Assembly (NCBI GenBank): GCA_041691135.1
Contig: JBEPVF010000004.1
Span: forward strand, 1 to 64,000
DNA from: Candidatus Peribacteria bacterium
GTDB lineage: Bacteria > Patescibacteriota > Gracilibacteria > Peribacterales > Peribacteraceae
Length of the DNA: 64,000 nucleotides
Reading direction: 5' to 3'
The first letter of the stretch is position 1. Each line of letters begins with the position of its first letter. A program made the position numbers and the translations under genes. The notes below the pieces were generated by a model. It had not been told where the DNA came from. It searched no databases and saw only the letters and a list, made by a program, of their open reading frames with translations. Below, in pieces: positions 50,578-58,979 of the stretch.

Positions 50578-52866
50578 TTACTTCTGGCCACCTTGTCCTG
50601 GGTCTGTCGAAGGACTGGCCATTGTCTTCTGGTCACTCGTCAACGGTAGTGTGACTGTGAACACCGTTCCCTTCCCTTCGGTACTGACGAAGGAAATCGT
50701 TCCGCCGAGGCTCTCGATAGTCCGCTTGGCGATGTAGAGACCCAAACCGGTCCCATCCGTATCTTTTTGGCGAATATTATGTGCACGGAAGAAACGTTCG
50801 AATATGCGCTTCTGTTCGCTGGCAGGAATGCCCATGCCATGGTCTTCCACGGTGATGGCAAGTCCCGTCGGATTGACTGCCAAGGAGACATGGATCTCGC
50901 TGCCTGCATTGGAGTACTTTACGGCGTTGGCAACCAGATTCTGCAGCACGACTTCCAACAGAACCGGATCCGTCGACAAGGGGGTCGGTTGTTCCGGCAA
51001 AGACATAGTAAGGCGAATAGTCGCCGCTTGTGCCATCGATTCGTTATCGTGCACGATACGCGTGAGGAACGCATTTACATCGATTTGCTGCGCTTCGCCT
51101 GCGGCATAATTCCCTTCTTCCAAACGTGCCGCCCGCAGCAATCCGTCAAGAACGCTAGCCATACGGGCCGAGGAAGCGGAGATCTCTTTGATGAATGCCT
51201 TTTGTTCCTCGGAGAGTGCGCCGTTCTCTTCGCCCATCAGCTCCAGGTTCCACCGCACGGCCGACAGCGGTGTGCGCAGTTGATGCGATGCGAGCGTGAT
51301 GAATTCCGACTTCATGTAATCAATCTGACGATCCTCGGTCATATCCTGGAACATGACGATGGCTCCCAATAGCTTCTGATCCATCAACAGCGGCGTGACG
51401 GTCAGTACAACCGGCAACAGCGTCTGATCTTTCTTGAGCAGACTGAGATGCATGAACGAATTGCTGTGATAGCTCTTCTGGTTGGCAAGCGCTACGGTGA
51501 CCGGATGAGTGGCCGGTGCTTCTTCGACGTGACGCTGAGAGATATGCAACATATCGGTTGCAGCCTTGCCATGGAACTCCTCAGCGCTGAAGCCAAGCAG
51601 TTTTAACGCAGCTGGATTTGTATCGGTGATGATGCCCTGCGTATCGATCGTCAACACGCCCGACTCGATACTGTCGAGAATGGCGCGATCAAGTGCCGAT
51701 TCTTTCTCCAGATCCGCCGTGCGCTCGGCCACAAGTTCTTCCAGGTGATCGTAGGTTTTTTTGAGACGCGATGTGAGATCGGCAATGACGCGATCGAGTA
51801 CTTCGACTTCATCGCCCGTATGCACCGAACGACCGAACGACCAGTGGCCGGGTTTGAGCAGATGCAATCGGGATGACACCCGCAGCAGAGGAGCAGTGAG
51901 GGACGTGGCCAGAAAGAATCCGATAATACCGGCGCAGATCATGAGCAGAATGCTGATCACGAACAGCTGTGTGGCGAACGTACTCACGCCGACCAGCGCC
52001 GTTTCACGGTCAATGGCGACTACCATGCCCCATCCCAACGACGGGATGAAACGGTAAGCTGTCAGAACCGATGTTCCTGCCGAATTGATGATCTTCTGCT
52101 GACCTTCGTTGCCGGCAATGGCACGATTGAGCAGAGTGGCTTCGGCCGATTTCTGATTCGGCGCACCGAGCGAAAAAGAATGCAGATTGTCTTTCTCCAG
52201 CGAATGATGCAGGAGAGAAACATCTCCCATTACGATGCGGCCGAGTACGATCTCGGTTCCATCATCGATTCCCATTGTACCAAACACATGCGTCAGCAAC
52301 GGCGTGGCATCGTAGCGAAGCGCCAGCGTACCGATATCATTATGTGCATTGTCGTGAATCGATGCATATACATCATATCCACGCCATGTCCCAATATCGT
52401 CGACAAACGGCACCAACGTAGTTGCGCCAACGACCGAAGGCACCGCACTGGTGAGTCCGACACTGGTGAGCAGGTGTTGATGGGTATCGAATACACTGAT
52501 GCCAAGCAATGGTATGCCGTTTGCGCGTTGCTGTTCCAAAATGCGCGCTGCATCGGACTGACCCGCTGTTTGCATTAAGGCACGCACCTCCGGCCGATCA
52601 GCCAAAAACGCACTGCGCTCACGATCGTATTGCAGATTGGATTCCAAAATATCCTTACGCGCACTTGCCATCGCCGAAATTTGTTCAAGCATTCGGTCGG
52701 CAAGCAATGTTCGCGCCACCAAAATTGATAAAAGTGAGATAACGGCAATCGCCAGTGCCGCTACCAGCATGGATTCACGGACAATGCGGAAACGGAGCGA
52801 CTTCCGAGGCGAGAAGCCCGTCGCATTGGCACCGGTCACGCGTTTATGAGCGGGAGGATGTTTCAT
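50578..52866 (-). CDS. Membrane sensor histidine kinase (extracellular sensor, HAMP, PAS, HisKA, HATPase)
   Basis: ASHQLRTPL H-box, NLVANAVKY, DHGMGI and GTGLGL; two TM helices. Confidence 0.93.
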   Translation of the reverse strand: MKHPPAHKRVTGANATGFSPRKSLRFRIVRESMLVAALAIAVISLLSILVARTLLADRMLEQISAMASARKDILESNLQYDRERSAFLADRPEVRALMQTAGQSDAARILEQQRANGIPLLGISVFDTHQHLLTSVGLTSAVPSVVGATTLVPFVDDIGTWRGYDVYASIHDNAHNDIGTLALRYDATPLLTHVFGTMGIDDGTEIVLGRIVMGDVSLLHHSLEKDNLHSFSLGAPNQKSAEATLLNRAIAGNEGQQKIINSAGTSVLTAYRFIPSLGWGMVVAIDRETALVGVSTFATQLFVISILLMICAGIIGFFLATSLTAPLLRVSSRLHLLKPGHWSFGRSVHTGDEVEVLDRVIADLTSRLKKTYDHLEELVAERTADLEKESALDRAILDSIESGVLTIDTQGIITDTNPAALKLLGFSAEEFHGKAATDMLHISQRHVEEAPATHPVTVALANQKSYHSNSFMHLSLLKKDQTLLPVVLTVTPLLMDQKLLGAIVMFQDMTEDRQIDYMKSEFITLASHQLRTPLSAVRWNLELMGEENGALSEEQKAFIKEISASSARMASVLDGLLRAARLEEGNYAAGEAQQIDVNAFLTRIVHDNESMAQAATIRLTMSLPEQPTPLSTDPVLLEVVLQNLVANAVKYSNAGSEIHVSLAVNPTGLAITVEDHGMGIPASEQKRIFERFFRAHNIRQKDTDGTGLGLYIAKRTIESLGGTISFVSTEGKGTVFTVTLPLTSDQKTMASPSTDPGQGGQK

Positions 52867-53048
52867 GTCTGTTTTGTACAAGAATTATAGCACAAACAGG
52901 CAAAAAGGACCAGATGACAGGAGTGGTAAAGGAAACAGGGTACTCGGCAGCTAGAATTGCCAATAAGCTCTCTATTTTTAGTAGGAAAGCTAATTTACTG
53001 ATACATGCATTTTGTAGCTTATTTTTGGCATTGATTCCCGCACTACGG

Positions 53049-53075
53049 AAAAAGCCTCCCTTTGCAGAGAGGCTT
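53049..53075 (-). terminator. Intrinsic terminator after pilin copy 2
   Basis: Minus strand reads AAGCCTCTC-TGCAAA-GGGAGGCTT-TTT. Confidence 0.7.
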
Positions 53076-53096
53076 CTTCGTTATCCTTGGGTTCTC

Positions 53097-53591
53097 TTAG
53101 CGTGATGCACTGATTGCAACACCACGGTCGCTCGTTGTAGCCGTGATGGTGATGCGGCTGTTCACCGGATCGCGCCAGATGCTGTAGCGAGTGCCGGTGG
53201 CTGTCTGGGCGGACGTGAGGGACGGGTCCTTCGGGACAGACACAATGTATGTACCAGTGAGAGAGCGGAGCGTGATGCCGCCAATGGACACACCGGCGCA
53301 GGTGGCATCATCCGTCGTCGACTGACAGATGGTCTTCGCTGTCGCTGCGGTCGTCGGGATGTTGGCATTCGGCAGGGCGCCGTTGTTATCGATTGCGTAT
53401 TGATACACCGCGTTCAGGATGGTGTTCACGTCCGAACGACGCTGGGCGTTGCGTGCATCACCCAACTGCTTGGTGGGGTTGATGGCGACGATGACGATAC
53501 TCGCGAGAATGGCGATGATGCCGATCACGAGGAGGAGTTCGATAAGGGTGAACCCTTGCGTCGACCTCCGCGATAGAAAGCGGGACTTCAT
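53097..53591 (-). CDS. Type IV pilin (copy 2, probable major pilin at the end of the pil cluster)
   Basis: QG|FTLIELLLVIG prepilin motif; has its own terminator. Confidence 0.93.
   Translation of the reverse strand: MKSRFLSRRSTQGFTLIELLLVIGIIAILASIVIVAINPTKQLGDARNAQRRSDVNTILNAVYQYAIDNNGALPNANIPTTAATAKTICQSTTDDATCAGVSIGGITLRSLTGTYIVSVPKDPSLTSAQTATGTRYSIWRDPVNSRITITATTSDRGVAISASR
53155..53382 (-). repeat. 228-bp perfect inverted repeat, right arm
   Basis: Identical to 44555-44782. Confidence 0.92.
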
Positions 53592-53822
53592 AAGATAAAA
53601 GGGAAAAGAGGAATGAGAAAGAGAACCAAAGGGGATCTGGTTGGAAAGTATAGCAACACTCCGCGTGTACAGGAGCCGCTTTCGCTTGACGGTAATGTGA
53701 ACGAAGTACGAAGTGTGAAGTGCGAGAATCGGAACGAATGAGAAAATAAAATAAAAATCACGGCCATTAATCCGTCTGTCGTTCCAACTTTTGCATTCAT
53801 CAATCGCACATCATGTCCTTGA

Positions 53823-54455
53823 TCATGGCTTGCACGTGAGCGCCGCCGTACTTGTTCCGCATGCTCCGCTCGTGCAAGGATGCCATGTAAATGTGTCGGT
53901 TGTCGTACAGGCCGGAACCGCGCATCCGCACAGTCCTCCCTGCGGATCATCGTTGGGAAACAAGGTGAATGTCGTTTGGAACGTGCGCACATCGGTGGTG
54001 GATTCCAGCAATTGCACGCGCCGAGAGATCGTGAAGGTAATCGATGCACTCTGTCTTGTTGCGGATGCCGATGTATTGCGAGCGATGAGTTTGCTGACAA
54101 TGACATCCGGCGTACTGATTATTTTTTCAGTCGTATGATTCACGATCACAATTTGTCCATCGCGCACCCCGATGATCGTAGGGTTGACGTCATCGGCGGA
54201 GCGCTGCAATGCAAGCACCGTTCCCGTTCCACCGATCGACGGAGTCAGAACACGTTCGGCATCTTTGATCTGCTGCCCAAACACCTGCAATACATAATCG
54301 CCATTCCGTTGCACCGTAAAATCCGACTGTTGCCGCACCATGCTTTCGCCGGTGAACACCATGAACGGCACCAACAATCCGGCAACCAAGCCGAATACGA
54401 CGATGAAGATCAGAAGTTCGATAAGTGTGACGCCACGCCTGTTGGTGGAGAGCAT
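53823..54455 (-). CDS. Minor pilin (PilW-like) with a Cys-rich tail
   Basis: RRG|VTLIELLIFI; tail CGCAVPAC...C...C...C; TACCAT, 7 nt, ATG. Confidence 0.8.
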   Translation of the reverse strand: MLSTNRRGVTLIELLIFIVVFGLVAGLLVPFMVFTGESMVRQQSDFTVQRNGDYVLQVFGQQIKDAERVLTPSIGGTGTVLALQRSADDVNPTIIGVRDGQIVIVNHTTEKIISTPDVIVSKLIARNTSASATRQSASITFTISRRVQLLESTTDVRTFQTTFTLFPNDDPQGGLCGCAVPACTTTDTFTWHPCTSGACGTSTAALTCKP

Positions 54456-54483
54456 GGATGGGATGGTAGCAGAGGGAATGTTA

Positions 54484-54528
54484 GAGAGGAAACTGACGTA
54501 ACCGAAGTAACCGATGAGACCGAGGATT
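54484..54528. repeat. Nonamer tandem array (CCGAAGTAA type)
   Basis: GAGAGGAAA CTGACGTAA CCGAAGTAA CCGATGAGA CCGAGGATT. Confidence 0.65.
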
Positions 54529-54683
54529 TTTAAAAAAAACGAACATAGGAAATAGCAGAGTGACCAAAAGTCATTCCGTATCAATTATTAAAAAATTTAT
54601 ATAGCCCTGAGACCCCCGCGTGCGATTTGCATCGCGGCGGGGATCTCGGTAGGCAGGGACGTTTTGATGACGCCATCCTTGGC

Positions 54684-55643
54684 TTAGTATGAGTCACTGC
54701 TGATGACCTCCGCTCCGTTTCGTGTAGCCAAAGCCCACCACGCCTGGGGGCTGACCGAGTCTTTGATAAAACGAACTGAGCCGTCGACGACCAACACGTT
54801 GACTCCACCAGAGTGATTGGCGCTAGGCCCGTCGAACTCTTCCATGATATTCCATTGTGCTCCGTTGTTGACACAGCCCGGCTCGTCGGAGTTGGGCGTC
54901 CGGACAAAGTTGACAAGCAAATTGTTATAATTGCCCGTCAACTGGATCCCCTGGAGGATCGTGCTTGACGAATTCTTGCAAGCGACCCCTGCTGCAAACG
55001 TGCCCATTGGCACGGTCACTTGGACGGTCTTGCCTTTCTTGCTGCCGCCTGGGCCCATCAACCTCTCACTGAACATTGCTGTATTACTACTTCCGTCGGT
55101 GATGTCGGCGAGCCGAACGGTGAATCCATGGCCGAACATTCCATTGGGAATTCGGCCATCGTTCTCGAAGACGCTCTCAAACGGGCCGGAGCCCGTAATT
55201 CCACGGTAGCTGTTGATGCCTTGTGTGTATCCATCCGAAGGACACACGAAGACATTCAGTTTCGTGTGACGGACGGTGGCATTGCCGTCGGGGGCGCCGT
55301 TGCACCCACCTTGTATCTCGAAAGTCGGCAAGCTGAAGTTCCAAGCGTTCATAAGATTAATTTGCTCCAGATGAGCCAGCATCAGTGCATGCTGATGCGC
55401 AATCTGGTAGCCAGGGGCCGTGCCGCACCTCATGTCGATGCTCCCGCTTGGGATGCATCCAATAGTGTCGTGGTAGCCTTGGAGTGCAAGGCCGATTTGC
55501 TTGAGATTGTTAGTGCACTGGATCCGCCGTGCCGCCTCTCTGGCAGCTTGGACCGCAGGCAAGAGCAGCGCGATCAAGACCGCAATGATTGCGATCACGA
55601 CCAACAGCTCAATGAGTGTGAAACCTCTGCGGAGGGCATTCAT
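54684..55643 (-). CDS. DUF1559 (planctomycete-type) prepilin-like protein with H-X9-DG motif
   Basis: RRG|[81 protein letters not shown] and [18 protein letters not shown]. Confidence 0.95.
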   Translation of the reverse strand: MNALRRGFTLIELLVVIAIIAVLIALLLPAVQAAREAARRIQCTNNLKQIGLALQGYHDTIGCIPSGSIDMRCGTAPGYQIAHQHALMLAHLEQINLMNAWNFSLPTFEIQGGCNGAPDGNATVRHTKLNVFVCPSDGYTQGINSYRGITGSGPFESVFENDGRIPNGMFGHGFTVRLADITDGSSNTAMFSERLMGPGGSKKGKTVQVTVPMGTFAAGVACKNSSSTILQGIQLTGNYNNLLVNFVRTPNSDEPGCVNNGAQWNIMEEFDGPSANHSGGVNVLVVDGSVRFIKDSVSPQAWWALATRNGAEVISSDSY

Positions 55644-55856
55644 CGACTCACCTCACTTGTAAAAGCCAGCAAACGATCAAATTTTGTCCGTCGACTAACG
55701 GGGGACGAGGGCGAACTTCCTTTACTAGCCAAGATGGTGTAAATGAGCATCCTTGCCCGTACGTACGTCTATATTCCTTGACAAAGATGACGGACGAGTA
55801 AAGTTTACTTTACTGAATTTCCTTAAAAAAGCAATGAAAAATCATTTTAGGAGATA

Positions 55857-56417
55857 TTAACCAATATTGCCTCCCATACCACCCCCAACTGACGAACTCT
55901 GACTACTATTCGAGCTGCTCTGCGAGCTACTACTGCTTGAGCTCGATGAATTACTCGAACTCGACGAACCGCAATTTGGCGCCAATGCGCCTCCGGCCGT
56001 GCAGCACTGCACTTCGTCCCACGTGCTGATTGATGTTTTGGGGAACACGCGCGATAGATACACCTGTTGCAAACGCTGACTGCCGTTACGACTGAAGCCC
56101 TGAACACAGATGGTGCGGTCGAAGTTGCTGCCGACCGTGCCGCCGACGTTGTAGATTTTGCAGGTGCCGAATGGTTGGGTATCGGAGATTGTTTCGTTGC
56201 CGGCGTACGACAAATCCAATTGCAACTTGTGCACGGCCCGCTCCACGCAAGTGCTGGCCAGTTCCCCCGACTGTGCGCTCTGCACATGCAACTCGCCATT
56301 CTGCTCCGCCGTCCAACCCAATAAAAGAAGCGTCACCGATGCGGCGGCAGCGATTGTCCCGATCACCAGCATGCTGACCAGAAAGACGTAGCCGTTGCGG
56401 AGAGCGAAGCGAAGCAT
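55857..56417 (-). CDS. Minor pilin (PilX-like) with a Ser-rich tail
   Basis: RNG|YVFLVSMLVIG (no Glu5, as in PilX/GspK); several Cys and a poly-Ser C-terminus. Confidence 0.72.
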   Translation of the reverse strand: MLRFALRNGYVFLVSMLVIGTIAAAASVTLLLLGWTAEQNGELHVQSAQSGELASTCVERAVHKLQLDLSYAGNETISDTQPFGTCKIYNVGGTVGSNFDRTICVQGFSRNGSQRLQQVYLSRVFPKTSISTWDEVQCCTAGGALAPNCGSSSSSNSSSSSSSSSQSSSNSSQSSSVGGGMGGNIG

Positions 56418-56419
56418 GG

Positions 56420-58342
56420 TTAGAGAGTACAGGCATCGGAACCGCCGCCGGAGTGAATGACGACGACATTGGTGCTGGTGACTGCGAGTATGTTGTCGTG
56501 AAGCGGATCGTACTGCATCGAGATAAGGGGAGCGCCGGCGTTCAATGTGCCGTGCACGGTAAGAGTCGATGTGCCGGCATCAATCAGCTGAAGTTGTTGA
56601 TTGGCTTTATCGGTGCCGATCGCCGGATAACATCCGACAACGTTGTTGATGGTATTCACCACTCCTGCGATATCACGGCTTCTGAGGAACGAACTGTCGG
56701 GTGGTACCAGACCACCGCTGGTATCAATCTCCCACAGTTCATCGTACGAACCGCCTTGTACGAGCCCGACGAATACAGAGTTGCCGAATGTTGTAATCGA
56801 TTTGGCGGTGCCGGGCAGAGGCCAACCCGCTTGAGGCGACTGGAAGCGCGGCGCCGAATCGTCATCGAAATTGAGAACTGCGTACTGGCCGTTGACCGTA
56901 TCGCCTGAAGCGATCAGCACATTATTGTCGGACAGAACCATATCGTTCACATCGCCGAACATCTGGGTGCCACTGACGAGAGCACCGTTCCGCACAAACC
57001 ATACTTCGTACGGATCAGGCGGCGGCGTACCGTCGACGAGTTCGCAACGATGGGGCTGAAGCGAAAGATCGCAAATGACGCCGGAGCAGCAGTCCGCATC
57101 CGTCAGACAGAAGAAGCCTGCTTGGGCACAGCTGCTGATGGCGGAAGATGATGACGAACTGGCCACACTGCTGGAAGCGGGTGATGAACTATTGGATGAA
57201 CTGCTGGATGATGATGAAGGTGAAGAAGAGGAAGAAGAAGTCGACGAAGGGCTGGAGAAGGCCGACGCCAACGACATCAGTGACATCGAGGAAGTGGAAG
57301 AGTACGGCAACGCCATTGATAGCGACGAAGAGGAAGTCGATGGCATGCTGAACTGGGCTTCCGCCTGTGGCACCAAAAGTGACATTAAATCCCAGCGTGT
57401 CGGCGCTGAACTCATGATTGATCCCTCGAATGCCAGCGGCTGGAGCGGCGATACAGCCGCAATGTAGTTGATGCGGTATGTTGAACCGATAATGACCGTA
57501 TCCGCACCCACGCCGTTCTCCTGCACGACAATCGAGATTGCATGAACACCATTGCCGCTGAAATCATAGTACGTCGAGCAGGAGACGCCGGCCGACGGAT
57601 TGCTGATATCACACTGCAGGATGGTTGATTTGCCGGTCGCTGCTGCGTTGCCCACGACATACAATTTGTTATTGCTTCCCAACGCCATTGCCCCGCCGAC
57701 CAATCCGCCGGGCAGCGCCGGGGAAGCCACCAATGTAGGGGGCGTCGTGGTGATGTTCAGTACATACAGACCGGGACCACCTCCGGAGGTAACATACGCA
57801 TTGTTGCCAGAGACAACCACATCCTGCAACGGACCGGTAAGAGACAGCGCATTGGGAATGACGGCCGGCGACGCCCAGTTGCCAAAACTGGTCGCCTGCT
57901 CCCAGTCGGTAAACTCTGTCATAACCTGCACTTGCTCGGCACGATCCACGCCGTGATGCCATTTAGTGGTGGCAGTAACACGAACACGATCGGAAGCAAT
58001 CGTTCGGTCGATGAACACATTGGTCGTGTAACCCTCGGCATCAGCTGCAATCGTGGAACTCAGTGCCCATGTCTTCGTCGCCGGATTGATCTCCACGGCC
58101 CACGTCCCTTGCGTCAAAGCTGCTGTACCTGATGCATCACGGATGCTGCGGACACGCTCAATGGCCTCACCCGCCAAATAACTGGCGTGCGTGCGATCAC
58201 TGCCTTCTACCGTACTCTTCTGTCCGTTGATGAGGACGTAGCTGACACTGCCGAGAAAAATTGCCATCACCATCACACCCACCAGAATTTCCAGCAGGAG
58301 GAATCCGTTGCGTTGCCGTAGAGTAAAGCGGGGGGCTGGCAC
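56420..58342 (-). CDS. Large minor pilin (PilV-like N-terminus, beta-propeller-like body, Ser-rich/cystine-knot-like insert)
   Basis: RNG|FLLLEILVGV; repeated V.VSGNNAYV/L.VLNI blades; poly-Ser followed by C-x6-C-x5-CC-x4-C-x8-C. Confidence 0.75.
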   Translation of the reverse strand: MPAPRFTLRQRNGFLLLEILVGVMVMAIFLGSVSYVLINGQKSTVEGSDRTHASYLAGEAIERVRSIRDASGTAALTQGTWAVEINPATKTWALSSTIAADAEGYTTNVFIDRTIASDRVRVTATTKWHHGVDRAEQVQVMTEFTDWEQATSFGNWASPAVIPNALSLTGPLQDVVVSGNNAYVTSGGGPGLYVLNITTTPPTLVASPALPGGLVGGAMALGSNNKLYVVGNAAATGKSTILQCDISNPSAGVSCSTYYDFSGNGVHAISIVVQENGVGADTVIIGSTYRINYIAAVSPLQPLAFEGSIMSSAPTRWDLMSLLVPQAEAQFSMPSTSSSSLSMALPYSSTSSMSLMSLASAFSSPSSTSSSSSSPSSSSSSSSNSSSPASSSVASSSSSSAISSCAQAGFFCLTDADCCSGVICDLSLQPHRCELVDGTPPPDPYEVWFVRNGALVSGTQMFGDVNDMVLSDNNVLIASGDTVNGQYAVLNFDDDSAPRFQSPQAGWPLPGTAKSITTFGNSVFVGLVQGGSYDELWEIDTSGGLVPPDSSFLRSRDIAGVVNTINNVVGCYPAIGTDKANQQLQLIDAGTSTLTVHGTLNAGAPLISMQYDPLHDNILAVTSTNVVVIHSGGGSDACTL

Positions 58343-58472
58343 TCAGTCGGAGAGTATCGACGTGTTCGCCGCGGAAAGGGATTGATTTTCAATGCATCAA
58401 TTGCCTAGTGTACTTGTGATACACACAAAATAAAAAAGCCGCAACAGTCCAGACTTCATCTGTTTCGCACGC

Positions 58473-58883
58473 TCAGTAGTTCTGGGCAATCGTGACGTGC
58501 GCCGATCGGTCGTATGTGGTGAATATCATATCGCCGGTCACGCTCGGTTGGCCGGTGATCCGGTCAAACACGACCACCTGGATGCCGCTGGCCTGAATCG
58601 TATCGGGCATGTGGTATAACTCGTCAAAGTACGGATTACGGGCATTGTAAGATGTACCGCGGAACAGCACGCCACTGGCCGAGAATCCCCACGCATCCGC
58701 ATTCTGCCCGGACTGCGCCAACAGCCGCGCCCGCTCAATGCCCTGGCTGGCCAATTGCACGGCATTCGCCAAGTCCGACCGCAAAAGATACTGCGTATAA
58801 ATAGGGACCGACATCGTCACGAGAATAACGAGAATCGCCACAATGATCAGAATTTCCAAAAGTGTGAAACCACGACGGTGCAT
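58473..58883 (-). CDS. Minor pilin (FimT/GspH-like)
   Basis: RRG|FTLLEILIIVAIL, ARLLAQSG and VVFDRITG; TACACT, 7 nt, ATG. Confidence 0.82.
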   Translation of the reverse strand: MHRRGFTLLEILIIVAILVILVTMSVPIYTQYLLRSDLANAVQLASQGIERARLLAQSGQNADAWGFSASGVLFRGTSYNARNPYFDELYHMPDTIQASGIQVVVFDRITGQPSVTGDMIFTTYDRSAHVTIAQNY

Positions 58884-58979
58884 GGAAGGCAGTGTATCAA
58901 GAGAAGAAGAGCGAAGCGAATGAGAGAAAATTCCCACTGCCACAGTGGTTTCTGATAGTTGGCTTCTGGTTTTTTTCAA

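Noticed and set aside
44555-53382. Diversity-generating retroelement template/variable repeat pair
   Set aside because: The block is 100% identical with no adenine-specific mismatches, both copies are in intact genes, and there is no reverse transcriptase in the window.
44555-53382. Composite transposon or invertase-controlled shufflon
   Set aside because: The repeats are pilin coding sequence, the enclosed genes are housekeeping (rnpB, tRNA), and no transposase or recombinase is present.
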